DNA of 63,240 nucleotides, counting the filler, from Dimargaris cristalligena (Eukaryota): assembly GCA_003614675.1 (NCBI GenBank). It is 3 parts of 3 records of this genome, joined end to end, with 100 filler letters (N's around TTAATTAATTAA, not from the genome) between each part and the next. Parts side by side here need not be neighbours in the genome. Positions count along the whole stretch, not along the records: positions 1 to 21,074 come from ML002675.1; positions 21,175 to 42,167 come from ML002677.1; 1 more part is not named here. One strand, given 5' to 3'. Under the pieces are notes generated by a model. That model made no database searches. It was not told where the DNA came from and saw only the letters and a program-made list of their open reading frames with translations. Made by a program: the position numbers and the translations under genes. This document shows positions 13,150 through 26,400 of the stretch, piece by piece (positions within the stretch are counted from its first letter, which is position 1; every line of letters begins with the position of its first letter).

Positions 13150-14232
13150 CTACCGGAGCCTGGGCGACATTTTTGATATGGATGGCGCCGGAGTAGGGTG
13201 GGCCTTCAGGTATGATGCAACAAAAACACGCATAAGAATACTAAAGTCGTGAATAACCAGGTGATCCAAAGCGTCGGCGTCGTCCTTGGTAGTATGCCAG
13301 ACCTTGGGAAAAGGGTGGGGGATCAAATGCAGGACCGGAATGTTACGCTGTACAAAAGGGACATGGTCGTCAATAATACCCCCGACGAATTGCCTGTCGG
13401 TTTTAAAGTACGACTTGTGGCGGCTGACCAGAAAGAGCTTAATCAAACGGCTCTCGAGGCCAGCCAGGGCATGGAAATAGTCGGAGGTGTTGGCAAAGTA
13501 GTCATTGAAAATAGGGGCCGGTGCGCCGATCAAGTCGAGCAATACCATCAAGTCGATATGTTCCAGTGGGGTCTTGTAGGGAACGGCTGATGGAGTGGCC
13601 GGGAACAGAGTAGGGCGCTCCCAGTAGGCGGCCAAGTGCTTGGATCCCCAGATAAAGTCGTTGGGGTCGGCACCCACAAAGGCCTCCTCGCCATCGAAAA
13701 AGATCAACTGCACGGTAGTATAGGGGTCGGTGAATTGGTCTAGGTAGTGGTCAAGCGAAAAGGCAAGGTCGAATAAGAGGGCGCAGGGCACCGCTGAGTC
13801 GGTGGCTCCGATAAAATCGGCCGGGCCCGGGGCGAAGTATTTGGAGTCAAAATGGGCCGCCAGAACCAGGCGGGCTGGGGCCTGGGGGTGCTTGGTTAGA
13901 ATGATATTGGTGAAATCGATGGAGCCCATGGGGGTGTCCTGGGTGAACGAGTCCGTCTCGATAAACCAGCCCAGTTTTTTGCCCTGCTCCAGGATAAACT
14001 TTTGCACTTGGCGGTTGCCCTCCGTGCCCGGGACACGCTTGACCAGGAAGGGCGCCAGGAACTCCCCATCGGGCTCTAGGCGCTCGGGCTTGGATAGGAG
14101 GGCCAGTTCCTCGATTTCCTGGTCGGTCAGGGCAGTGATGAGGTCCGCGGCCACCTGAGCGACGAGATGGAGGACCAGAAGGAGCTGCAGGAGAGCCAGC
14201 AGGGAAGAGCAGAGCGTCGTAAACCTGCGCAT
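13150..14232 (-). CDS. QPCT: Glutaminyl-peptide cyclotransferase (M28 family) with N-terminal signal/anchor
   Basis: LAAHFDSK, GATDSAVPCA, FFDGEEA, LLDLIG, DDHVPF, FPKVWHT; ATG at 14232 followed by a hydrophobic segment; single exon. Confidence 0.9.
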   Translation of the reverse strand: MRRFTTLCSSLLALLQLLLVLHLVAQVAADLITALTDQEIEELALLSKPERLEPDGEFLAPFLVKRVPGTEGNRQVQKFILEQGKKLGWFIETDSFTQDTPMGSIDFTNIILTKHPQAPARLVLAAHFDSKYFAPGPADFIGATDSAVPCALLFDLAFSLDHYLDQFTDPYTTVQLIFFDGEEAFVGADPNDFIWGSKHLAAYWERPTLFPATPSAVPYKTPLEHIDLMVLLDLIGAPAPIFNDYFANTSDYFHALAGLESRLIKLFLVSRHKSYFKTDRQFVGGIIDDHVPFVQRNIPVLHLIPHPFPKVWHTTKDDADALDHLVIHDFSILMRVFVASYLKAHPTPAPSISKMSPRLR

Positions 14233-14674
14233 CGCGGCCGTCGAAGTCCTTATAGAGTCTATAGAGCCGGAGAATAGTTGCAAGGGAGTGCGGACGTTTT
14301 GGATATATTGAATAGGCAGAGGGTTTTGGGCTGAAGTTCAAGTAAGGATAAAGCAGTAAATAGAAGAGGTAACGAGTAGCCAAGGTTCAGGTGTCCCACT
14401 CCTACCAAAAACTCCCAGGGAGGGTATTTTCTTTCCCTCTCTCATTTAGGCCAGCTCAGTTAAGCCCTGAGCTTTTGGACTAGGTTAACTATAAGACACC
14501 GTCATATTAGCCCCGCTCACTATAGCCGATGGGCTTGGCTGGGTCGTACCTACTCCAAATACAAGAAGATAGGGTAGACTGTATCCCCCCACTTCCGCTC
14601 TCGCTTGCTTGCAATTCCCCTTGACTTACTCATTCAGTTACCAGCTCTTGCCAACCCCCCCCCACTCGCCCACC

Positions 14675-15642
14675 ATGGCCTCGCCGCCCGTTTTCTTCTT
14701 CGATATTGACAATTGTCTGTATCACCCGTCGACTGGGATCATGTTCCTCATGAAGGACCGCATTTACGCCTATGGCCAAAAAATAGGCATTCCCACTGCT
14801 GACGTTAAGCACCTCTGCGAATCCTACTACCGGGACTATGGCCTAGCTGTCCGCGGCCTCTTGAAGCATCACGTGATCGACCCCGTTGACTATGACCGCC
14901 AGGTGGACGGCGCCCTTCCCCTGGAAGATATTCTTAAGCCTGACCCCGCTTTACGCCAGATGCTCCAGGCCGCCCGCGTACGGCGCCTGGCCTTCACTAA
15001 CGCCGGGAAAGACCATGCGCATCGGGTTTTGCGTTGTCTAGGTATCGAGGACCTATTCGAAACGGTCATTTACTGTGATTACGCCAGCCCCCAGTTTACG
15101 TGCAAGCCTGAGGTAGCCTGTTTCCACCGGGCCATGCAAATTGCCGGAGTCTCCGACCCAGATCTGTGCTACTTCGTCGATGATTCGGCCGATAATGTAA
15201 AAGCTGCTCGAGTAAGTTATTCGATAATTTATGTCATTTCAGCCGATAACGGTGTTTGGCGAATACTAAGTTATAGACTGCCCCCCCCGCCACCCCATCT
15301 ACCTTGGGTAGCTCTGCTGCGACCGGGGACTGAAGCCGATACCCATTGCATCAGCAGGCCCCAGATACATCATTTCCAATTGTTATCTTCCATGTATTAA
15401 TACGCCACGCCTACGGATACCGCCATTATTGTACTTACATACTCCTTTCCCGGTTCATTATGCGCAATATCTGCGCAACGCCGGGGACCCAGAATTTAGG
15501 CTGGCATTCTGCGCACCTTTGTCCAACTGGCGATTCCAACGCTGGAGAGTTCCAAATTCAGAATATCCTAGACCTACCCAATGTTTTCCCCCAATTTTGG
15601 CCCACCAATGACAGTAGTGCCCACCCCTCTCCCTCTTCGTAG
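14675..15642 (+). CDS. SDT1: HAD pyrimidine 5'-nucleotidase (SDT1/PHM8-like), 2 exons (14675-15211, 15493-15642)
   Basis: FFFDIDNCLY, YYRDYGLAVRGL, FTNAG, CKP, FVDDS..NV.AAR|NLGW after splicing. Confidence 0.85.
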
Positions 15643-15916
15643 TTCAGCCTATTGCTTGTTTTGTAGAGCTCGCTGGTCCTTGCGTGTATTTATTAAAAAG
15701 GTGATCTAGTCCGCTGGATCAATGGGAGGAGGCAGCGAGTCCGAAGGAAGCCAATCTAAAGTTCAAAAAGAATAGACATTGGAAAATAGAGCGGGCTGGA
15801 GCAAATCCTATCTGCTAACCATACTTTCTCTAATCCAACCCAATGCTCAATGGGCCAGGGTGATGGTGGTAGTAACACTGGGGTCCTATGGCTATCCGGT
15901 GGTTCCCATTTCTGGA

Positions 15917-18086
15917 TCAAACACAACGTTTAACCAGAAATTTCTGGTAGGATTCTTTGCTAATATTAAGTTCAGGGATAATCTCGGCAAGCCCCGACTC
16001 ACCCATCATGGAAAAGGCCACCAGGCCCATATACGAATGAAGCACATCTTGTTACGCGAAAACGAGTATGGGGATGAGGGCATTATGGAGTAAAGTCATT
16101 ACATAAATACCACGAGATCAATATTTCCCATTGGATATGCAAAATAGGTCAGTAACGATACACAGTATGGCGGGTGTTTAGCACATGCCCACCCAAGAGC
16201 TGGGGTAAAATATAAAAGTGGAATATTGTTGGTGCCAAGGTAGTCAGCCAGGGATACACAGCCCAGCTAGTGGGGTTTTCGTTGAATAGCTAGGTTAGAT
16301 CTGTCCCGAATGCACAGCATTTTGGTACTAATAGGCATCAATAATTAATGAATAGATTGGGGATAGACTTTTACTCACCTGGATACTCAGTTGGAGCTTT
16401 TCCAAATCCACCAATATGCCGCTGGGTCGTGAGCAAGAATTCTCGCTGCCGATTGTCGTCAATTAGATCATAATGGCCCAGAACCTAATAGTAAAGTTGT
16501 CATTGAAGGGACAGGGTCAAATATATTCTCGATAGAACGGGGTTAGTTCATCAACATAACATCTAGTCTATCCGTATTTACATCAAGATTTGAAAAAAAC
16601 ACTTACCTTTAGGGCAGCGCCCACCCAAAACGAGTAGCACGTATCGTCAGTCTTATTGATTCGACCGTGGAATCCTTGATTCTGGCGGTCGATGCACCAG
16701 CGCAAAACGGCTACCCGATCGGGCAGGCCATCGGCTAAGCGGCCCATAAGCTTAAGGCTGGCTGTAGCGCACAGCATCATACCCCCGTGCGACTCTTCCC
16801 CAGGACTGGTAGCAATGCCGCCGTCGTAGTTCTGACAACGCCGGATAAATTCCACCGCGCGATCGCTATCAAAGCCTGACCAATCATCCAGCAAGTGGCA
16901 GATAACGCAGGCACAGTAGAGAAACCGAATGTCGCATTCGGCGGAGTAGGGGTGGGGGACAATGCTAGATTACCGGCAATATGTTGGAGGAAATCGAATA
17001 GATCGTAATTAGGGATATTATAAATATACCAACGACACTGGCTCCAGTTGAACTAATAAAGTCATCAACCTGGTCAGCTTATCATGACAATACCCTATTC
17101 TGGGCAATTGGCAACTGTACCGCAAAGGGGTTGGTGTTGTTAATACTTACCCTCCATTAGGCTGTTGCAAATAGGTCATCGATCGGACGATGGCTTTCCG
17201 GTCAACCCGAGCCAAGTCGTCACCCAATATAACTAAGCTTAACAGAGCCGAGTAAGTGGTGGCCAAGTTGGCTGTCACGTAGTTAACGCCCTATAATACC
17301 AGAGTGGGTCGAATGGTGATAATAGAGTATAGTTAAGCGCGGGTGACTTTGGCTATGATTAGCGGATATATTGGCAGGATTACGATTAATAACACCTCAT
17401 CCACATGCCCTATAGTACCGTGGTACTAGATGGGCGGTATATAACGGAGCAGCGACTGGGGCTCGCAGAAGTGTATAATGTTAAAGCCCGACCGGCTTTT
17501 CAACCACACAATTTAATGAGGACTCACGTTTACACGGTCATCGAGGGGTCCGTCGAATGGACCGCCCCGGAATCCATGGGTACCGGGCACAGTCGTTACT
17601 GGAACGGGGGGGGGGTATGTATAGTATTGAAGAAACACCGAATATATAGATCAGACCAAGGGTTATTTTGCGAGCCAGGTTGGTCAGGTAGGCCGAGGAA
17701 TGATAATAACACACGGACAACATGACTTACTAGCAGGTGTTACTTGCTGGGCGTAAACCCAATCGATGTGTCCCTGGCGCTGGTCGTCGGTTAAAGTGGC
17801 ATCAAGGGCCCCCAGGACATCTAGGCCTCCTAAGCAGAAAAAGGCCAGACTCAAACTGTGGGTGTAGGATAATTCAATAGACGGTCGTATAGCAGATTAG
17901 CGGACCTGGAAGTTCAGGCAGGGGCCGGAGCATTTTGGGGGTGGGGGCCCCTTACGGGGAGCACCGAGCCGACGGAGGAGAGACTTACCGAACCGACTCC
18001 TCGCTCTGGTAAGGGTGGGGCAGCAGCGTCAAACAGCGCTGGAAATAAGCAATGTGCTTCTTGGGCAAAAAGGTTGGAGGGTCCAT
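15917..18086 (-). CDS. CDC43: Geranylgeranyltransferase type I beta subunit, 7 exons (18086-17989, 17855-17731, 17598-17528, 17290-17151, 16964-16607, 16484-16379, 16047-15917)
   Basis: KKHIAYFQRCL..LP..Y, LAFFCLGGLDVL, GFRGG, ILGDDLARVDR, ECDIRFLYCA, ESHGG, GFHGRINK.DDTCYSFW, GGFGK, DVLHSYMGL. Confidence 0.88.
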
Positions 18087-18448
18087 GGCAGCCAAAAACG
18101 AGAACGGGAGTGGGAAGGAAGGCAACCACAGCCGATCCCACGGCTCCTCGTCTAATGAACCGAGTCCTGGAACAGGGTAGGAGGACCCTGTTACTACGCC
18201 TTTAATTACCCTTTTATCCGGCCAACCCTGGCTGAATTGCACCGGACTAACTCCATCCATCTACTAAGTTTAATTCCCAGTTAGCCGTTTTCCTACTTTG
18301 ACCAGCCCCTCCCGTACTGCTCTATATAGTCCCACTCCGCATTGCTTAGTGTTTATCCTCCATCGCCCCGTCCCGCCATTACCGAGCAACCCCGTGCAGT
18401 AGCGGCGACTTTCCTTACCTGTTCGAACCCCCAACTTACCCCCCTTCC

Positions 18449-20283
18449 ATGGAAAGACGGTACCGACGGGACGTCTTCTTGGGTAAAGGTGCCTATGGCT
18501 CAGTCTATAAAGGGTAAGTACCGCTCCCAGTGGCCAATAGGCCCGCGACAGTACCACAGGGCATTTAGTATAGCACTACAGTTACTATATAGTGTTTCAG
18601 ACATAACCTCTCAAACCCACACAGCTGAAGTTTCTAACCATTTTGAATACAATTGGGGGGGGGGGGGTTATGCCACCTGGTTTGACTGCTGCTAAACCCC
18701 ACGTCGCGCGGGATTAGGTTTGATTTGCTAAAAGGGCGAACTGTAGCCATCAAAATCCTAAATCTCGACACCCGCGAGGATGAAGTGCGGGATATTCAGC
18801 GCGAAATCACGACATTGTCCCAGTTGAGCCACCCCAACATCACCAAGTATTACGGCAGTCTGCTCAATGGCACGCGTCTATGGATCCTGATGGACTACGC
18901 TGCAGGTGGCAATATTCGTACTTTGGTAAGCACGCCTTCTAGGAGCGCCATTTCTTAATGAAACAAATCCTCGTCCCTATCTGCCGGTGCGCTGGATCGT
19001 TGATGGTACCGGGCTTATTTTACCAGTATTAGATACGTGCTGGGCCACGTACGACTCTCCACAAAATCCGGGCTTTCTACCCCTAATAACAATCGGCTTG
19101 GCCTCAAACTCACCTCAAACCAACGGTCCGCTACCTTCACCTACCCCCACTTTATAGATGGAGTGCGGGCCCCTCGAAGACAGCTATGTGTCTACAATCA
19201 CCCACGACCTACTCGAGGCGTTGGTCTATCTACACCGCTGCAATATTGTACATCGAGATATAAAAGGTAAGTTAGCCGGTTGTTTGCCCGCTGTTGGCCA
19301 TATCTGGCCCAGGCCCAGCCCTCTCCGCAATTCACTTTGGAGTCGCTGAAGTAGCGTGACCAAATGTCTAACCCCATACATTTCTCATTGCCTGGCTGCG
19401 TCGTCTACTTGCGCGTGAACCCGATTCCATTTGCCCTATATTGTGATGTCCCGTATAGCTGCCAACGTCCTGTTAACAGATGAGGGCTTAGCGCAACTAT
19501 GCGATTTTGGTGTCGCTCGTTCCATTTCATCAACTTCGATGCGGCGGTATTCCTTCGCTGGTACGCCCTACTGGATGGCCCCGGAGGTGATTGACCAGAA
19601 GTCCAACTACGACTTTAAGGTTGATATTTGGTCCCTGGGCATCACCGTGTACGAAATGCTAACCGGCAATCCCCCAAATACCAATGTGGACCTGAAACGG
19701 ATCCTTTTTCACCACGCTAAATCGACCCCACCACCCCTTCCCGGCGACCATGCGCCGCCTACTCGTGATTTTGTAGGGCTGTGCTTACGCGTCAATCCGG
19801 CCGACCGTCCTACGGCCTCCGAGCTACTTAAAACTCGATTTATTAAGCACCACAAGCGGCAAAACCTAATCGATGTCATCCAGCGCCATCGAAAGTGGCA
19901 AGAGGGGCTCAGTGCCCCCAATGAAAGCGATTCCAGCCCGAACCCGTCCCTACGGCATGACCCCAACGACCCCGACCAGGAAAGTATGTGGGATTTTAGC
20001 GGAACCCAGGGTAAGCCCTCCGACTCCAACTCGCCCATCCATTCCGACGTTGAATCCACTCGCCATGGGACCTCCCCACCCCCGGCCCACACTAGTTCCG
20101 TCATTTTTGCCCCACAACCCCCCGAGTTTGCGCGGGATTTGTTTACGGAACCCAAGACCCCCTCACCCACCAACCCAATTTACCCCGACTTGTATTGGGG
20201 CCCCGATGTGGAATCATCCCCCGTGTTGCCTCATATCACTTCAGCCCCAATGACTTCAGGGCCTGGTCCATCGCCCCCCCTCA
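18449..20283 (+). CDS. Ste20/GCK family Ser/Thr kinase, Nak1/Kic1-like; exons 18449-18513, 18718-18925, 19158-19266, 19459-~20283 (3' end probably rearranged)
   Basis: [69 protein letters not shown]. Confidence 0.88.
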
Positions 20284-21074
20284 CCCAGTCCTGAAGCTCT
20301 AGGATGGAACGCGCGAGATTTTTCTGCAGCCAGTCCGGGTCGTCCAGGCGCTCGAATTCCTCGTGGTCTTTGGCCAGAAAAGCCGGGAGGGAGGGTTGGT
20401 CCCTAGGCCGCCAAGGTGACGAAGAGACTGGGGGAGCTGGGGCTGGAACCGGGCCCGGGCCCGGGGGTGAGACTCCGAGATTGGCATAGGTCATTCCAGT
20501 GCCCTGTACGGCCAGCAGGGGGCTGCCGTACGCGGGCTGCCCGCTGGGTGGGATACTAATCAACGTAAGGCGCCGCTGGTTACGCCGAAGCTTAGACGGC
20601 TTGGCAATGTTTTTTGGCAAATGGGACTGCAGTTGGTCCTGGGGTGGAAAACGGCCCTTATCCACCGGTCGGGGGTAGAGCGAACCCCCGTCGCCACTCG
20701 GGCTCCGCTGGGAAAACATCCGGGATTTATCGGGTAAAGTACTGGAGACCGAGGAGGCGGTGGATGGCGCGGCGATTTCGGATTTCGGTGCCAGGGGGGA
20801 CCGCTGTGATAGTCCACCCAGGTTAAATAGCGGCCGACTGAAGGCCGATGGTGAAGGGGGTAGCAGCTGGGGTGATTGCAAATGGGTTTCAATTGGCTTG
20901 AGCATCGTTTCCAGTGACTGGGAGCGTCGCAGGGCCCGGGGGTGGCGGCTACCGTCCATACTTTGGCTGCGGCGCTTGACGGCATCCGGCCCTGAGTCCG
21001 GGAGGGGTAGATTAGGTGCCGAGTCATTCAGAACGGGTGGTAAGACACCTGGGGGGGCGTAGCTCCTCCCACCG
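20280..21074 (-). other. S/P-rich coding segment open from the contig end, probably the inverted C-terminal region of the adjacent kinase
   Basis: Frame of ORF 20231-20959 is open back to 21074 (RWEELRPPG...); ends with helical [16 protein letters not shown] and collides head-on with the kinase ORF. Confidence 0.55.
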
Positions 21075-21174
21075 NNNNNNNNNNNNNNNNNNNNNNNNNN
21101 NNNNNNNNNNNNNNNNNNTTAATTAATTAANNNNNNNNNNNNNNNNNNNNNNNNNNNNNNNNNNNNNNNNNNNN
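21075..21174. other. Artificial contig spacer N44-TTAATTAATTAA-N44
   Basis: Exactly 100 nt; the central 12-mer has stops in all six frames. Confidence 0.97.
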
Positions 21175-22021
21175 CCTATATGACATTTTAGATCTCCACC
21201 CTGGGGGCGTCAAATAAAAGAAAGCATTAGCCACCGCTACTTAGTAGCAGGGCTATGCAGTAAAACTTTTACAGAGGGGGGTGGTAGGGTTCGTGGTGAG
21301 GTAGAGGTGGATGTCCAGGGGTTGCGGCCTTATTCACATTTAAGCACTGTATCCCGTTAGATCTGCAAAGTTGAGTATGTGTAAGCCAATTTAGTACTGA
21401 GGTGGGTGACCACTTGGGAATAGTTGGTGCTATAACTTTATTTTTTGGATCCGTGAATGTAGGAATGAGCATTACAATAGACCTTATTTGGTCCCCGCCA
21501 TTTTACCTGATATGAGGTATGACTAGATTCATTCTATAGTGAAAAATTAGTTAGCTGGGGCATATGTAGTGCTGTGAGAATGTTGGCCAACAGCCTTTAC
21601 CATCCGGCTATCAATTTATCTGCCGATTCTTATACTGATTTGACGATTATCAAAGAATTACAATACTTACGACTGTTTTTTTTATCAAATACTAGCGATT
21701 ATAACTGATATGATGAATTTCATGAGAAATATTCCATGCCTTTTGGGAAGTCAACTCCCGTTTTGTTATTTTATGTTCATGATAACGTCCATGTGCTATG
21801 ATGATATTATGACGATATTCGAACCCATTAATGGTATTTTGAATGATTTATAATGACCAATTTGCGACCTCTGTTCAGGGAGCCCTCTTCCTGCAACAGG
21901 AAAACAATACTTTGTTCATAATTCCTATTCTCTTCACGATTACTATAAAAATAAAATAAAATACTAATAATTACTAAATTTCTTCCCTCAAAATACATCA
22001 ACACTTAACACTCTCTCTTCA

Positions 22022-22195
22022 ATGTCGCGCCTCCCCATTCATTCCTCTGGACCTAGTGTCCCACCTTCATCCGGCCTGGGTACACCGCCATCCACGCCCC
22101 AGCATTCTGCACTCGAGCAAGGTACGCCAGTCCGTAATCCGAATCCTAGCGGTGGATTAGATGATCCCGACGCCAACACACATACATTACTATAG
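22022..22195 (+). CDS. Small 57-aa Pro/Ser-rich ORF downstream of a TATA box (hypothetical)
   Basis: TATAAAA 21944-21950; GC-rich ORF MSRLPIHSSGPSVPP...THTLL* in AT-rich surroundings. Confidence 0.3.
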   Translation: MSRLPIHSSGPSVPPSSGLGTPPSTPQHSALEQGTPVRNPNPSGGLDDPDANTHTLL

Positions 22196-23468
22196 TGGCT
22201 TAAAAACATTTTACCTGAATAATCCTATGTAATTATCTATTTTACAAACCATTATTGAAATCTATCTATAGTCCAATGTTTAATAGTGTATAGATTCCAT
22301 CTATTCTGGCAGTGAACTATTTGCCACTTATTTTAATATTCGAAAAAGTCACCAACACGCGGGAGGTTTGACTTTACTGTGAAATATATTGAATGAATTC
22401 TCGGACCCAGTAAGAGAGTATCATTTTTTCAGCATGGTTGAACTAAGACCATACATACATAAATTAGAACTATGCAATCGATTTCTTAATAAAACTATAA
22501 TGACCAAGACCACGTATTACTTTTCAGTGGGGTATGTATATCCCCCCCCTTCCTACTTATTCTCTCTATACAATGGCTAAGACTTGGTAATACTACAGAA
22601 TCCTCCCCCAAGCACCCTGTCAACCGCAGGGGGAAGGGGGGGGGTTAGAAGCACTTAGGCGACCCGGATGTTACTAATGAACTATAAGTATGGGCAGGAT
22701 GCAGTAATTTTGGGGGAGGGTGTGTGTGTGTGTGTAGCGTGTACTTTGCTTTGATAGCACCCACACACACACACCGAAAAAAAAACCTAGACTGTTTCAT
22801 TAGTTTGGTTCTTAGGGCCGCTGTATGTTTATCTTGAACCCAATCATAATACTAGTAGTATAGAACAATTGAAAGTATTGGCCGATATGGGTTTGCCAGT
22901 TGGAGAATTCCTGTCTGTACGTTTTTTAGGGCCTCTCCGCGTAACACAGTTCTCCCAGCTCTCAGGTCCAAACTTTGAGTGAATTAGCGTCTTTTGTCTA
23001 AACTAAAGATTCGCTTATAGCAAAGGACCTCTTAATCTACCAACGTCGGTCAAAGAGCACATATCATCAAACAAGCCCCGTGTCTCCTAAGTTACTTAAA
23101 ATTATCCGCGTTCACTGTTTAAATTCCGATTTGATTACTGGTTTATTAATGTGGGTTAATTGCAAAAATGAACCGATAAAAGGCAAATAATAGGGATAAA
23201 AAATCAAACAAAAAAATAGAGATCAATGAAAATATCACACCGCTACATGTTAAATGTAGCAACGGGGTCGTTTCATTCTGGTAGGTTCGCTTTCCTTCGA
23301 ATAACAAAAAAACAATAGTAGTTGAAACAACGTATAATCTGATTTGAATCGAATAGGGAACCCACGAATGGGGGGCATATATATATTTATATATATTTAG
23401 ATGTACTAGGCTTTTAAACCTATACTAATCAGCTGAATCCAACTAACCCAGGCTTCACCGGGACTATT

Positions 23469-26400
23469 TTACTTCTGCCTATTTGAATTGCCATCGCCGT
23501 TCATGGGGTCGTACGAATGGGGGGAATAGTTGGGCCGACCAGTGCTCGGATTGGTATTGGGACTACCACTACCGTCATCATCGTCCGCATTGGTCATGTA
23601 CGAAGGCAGACCGGAAGCACCGTAGCTGGGACCCGAGCTCGATGGCGAATAGGCCGGTGAAGCTGGGGAATAAGCTGTGGCGCCAGCACCCATGGGAGAG
23701 TAGCTCGGGGACGTGGGTGAGTAACTGGGGGAGGTGGGCGAGTAACTCGGTGACGTAGGGGAATACGAAGGTGAGGTGGGGGAATAGCTAGGCGAGGTCG
23801 GCGAGTAACTGGGGGAGGTCGGGGAGTAGGATGGGGACGTCGGAGAATAGCTGGGCGACGTAGGGGAGTAACTCGGGGACGTGGGGGAGTAACTGGGGGA
23901 GGTGGGCGAGTAACTCGGTGACGTGGGAGAGTAGGATGGAGATGTAGGTGAGTAACTGGGCGACGTGGCCGAGTAGGAGGGTGAGGTGGGCGAGTACGAA
24001 GGGGACGTCGGTGAGTAGCTGGGGGAAGTGGGCGAATAGCTGGGGGAAGTGGGCGAATAGGATGGGGAAGTCGGCGAATAGGCCGGCGAAGTAGCCTTGT
24101 ATCCAGGGGAGGTGGGGGAATAGCTAGGGGACGTTGGAGAGTAACGTGGGGACGTGGGGGAGTAGCCGGGCGAAGTGGGTGAGTATCCCGGAGAAGTGGG
24201 GGAATACCCGGGGCTGGCCGCGTAAGTACCACCGGGCGAAGTGGGTGAATAGTCGGGGGACATGCCGCCAGTAGTGGAACCGGGGGAGAAGGGTGAGAAC
24301 CCACCCGCCCAGCTGGGGGACCCGGCACCGGATTCGACGAGAGGGGAGAACATAGTGTCCATACCACCGGGGGAGTGCGGGCGCACCAGGTCCACGTATT
24401 GGGGAGAGCGGCTGTCGTACGGCGTGAGTTGCGGGGTCATGCTACCGTCCCGCATGGGCGACATACCGCCGCTCATACCCGCGCGGAAGCCAGCGGCACC
24501 GCCGAGTCCATTGGCCTCAGCGAGGCGAGCATTAATCACCGTCGACTTCAGCATTTGGTCGTCCAGAAGCACATCAAAGTCACCAGTACCAAGGGGGGCC
24601 ACCTGACCCAGCATGACATTTTCAGTCACACCCCGGCAGTCGTCTAGTTCACCGGTGGCCGCCGCTTCCATCAAAATCTCCACGGTTTCTTCGAATGAAC
24701 AACGCATCAGCGCACCCGTATCGGCTCGATTAATACCGTGACGGGTAATGGCCACCAAATGACCCCGCGCCGTCATCACATCGACCAACATGGCCAAATG
24801 ACGGTAGTTGACATAGGAACCGTCGAACTCAATGACTCGTCGCACTTCGAACAGAATGGACTCGCGGGCGGCTTCGATACCCAGCACCTTGAGGATTTCA
24901 ACGCTGTTGTTGGAGAAAGTACGGATGGGATCAACATGGTCCTGGCTAAGCACCTCGCACATGTTGGTACCGTCCGTTTCGAGCACCCACTCTTCACGGG
25001 TCTCGATCTTACCCCCGTTGGGGCCACCGGGCGTGGTGGCAACGATCAGTTTGCGGGGCACCATAAACACCCGCTTGATGCCTTCAATACCCCGGAGGGA
25101 GATGGTCAACATGTTGAGTTCCAGGCGTTTCAGGAAGACATCCTCTTCCAGGCGACCGGGGACATCGTCGTCTTCATCGGCGAACTTGTCACCCGACGGG
25201 CCTCCCACGATACGACACCGTACCACTAGGGAGTCCGAGTTATCTTCGCTATGAATAATCTGGAGATCACTGCCGAAGTTCTTGCCAATCATCGTACCGA
25301 CCTCGGTCATGGACAGCCCCTTGTCGAGCATTAATTTACGATCCATCTCAAAACGGAGTAGCCAGGGCGACACGGTGTTGGCAGACAGCTCACCCGAGAA
25401 AATACCGTAGTGGGCCATTACGATTTCCTCGTCCTCGGGGATAAGGGTAGTGGTTGGGTCGGGATCGTAGAAAATCTCGGCCACAGAGGTAACCGTCTGC
25501 AGCGTAGTGTGTTCAATGGCGGCTTGGATTTCCTTGGCGCGGTCGGCGTTGCGGCCGTATTCCTGGTCCAGGAACACCGTCAACGAAGGCGTTTTGATAT
25601 TGGTGGCTACGTTGATGATTTCCTTCAACCGGGGCACACCGAGGGTCACGTTCTTACTGGACACACCGGCGTAATGGAACGTATTCAGGGTCATCTGAGT
25701 GGCAGGCTCACCGATGGACTGGGCGGCCAGCGTACCGACCATTTCGCCCGGATTGACTTGAGCCATGGCAAACCGGGACTCGATTTCGCCCAAGACCCAC
25801 TCAAAGGCCTGCGAGTTTAGGTGGTAACGCTCAATGACCCGACGGGTAGCCAGCATAGACCGACACACAATCTGGAACAGCGCCGTGGCGTTCTCCTGGG
25901 CCTCCTGACTGAGTTTGTCCTGGCCACGCACCACGGTCAAACGGGAGCACAGCTGTTCCACACCATCGGTAATCTGGAGCGGGTGAAGGTCGCTGGGTCT
26001 CCGCGAATCGATGCGGAAAATCTGCTGGGCGTTCTTGATCAGTCGGGACAAGTTGACAGGCAGGGGCTTCGTATTGTTGCTGTTCTGAATGTCCTTTTCG
26101 CACATGAAGTCGCGCACGGACAGCCGGTCCTCGACCAACTGGGCGAATTCCTGGTCCAGCCGAGTCTGCGTCCGCTCGTTGCCCTCCATGTCCTTGAGTA
26201 CAGCATATTCGAGGGCCCCGGACTTGAAACTACGTCCATTCTCCTGGTCCATGATGTCCACCCGGAACTCCCGATCGAAGACGGAGTCCTCCATGCTGAT
26301 CAGGTCCATCTTCTGTCGCTCAATGTGAACGGCGTCCATGCCGTCCTCACCGTAACAGAATTGCAGAATATGGCCCAGCGAGTTACGCACGGTACCGTCG

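Noticed and set aside
21119..21130. TTAATTAATTAA as a biological palindrome or piggyBac site
   Set aside because: Centred in a 100-nt N spacer and repeated identically at 42212-42223; it is an artificial linker
23703..24206. 21-nt periodic array as CRISPR or satellite DNA
   Set aside because: It encodes the Pol II CTD heptads and has no unique spacers
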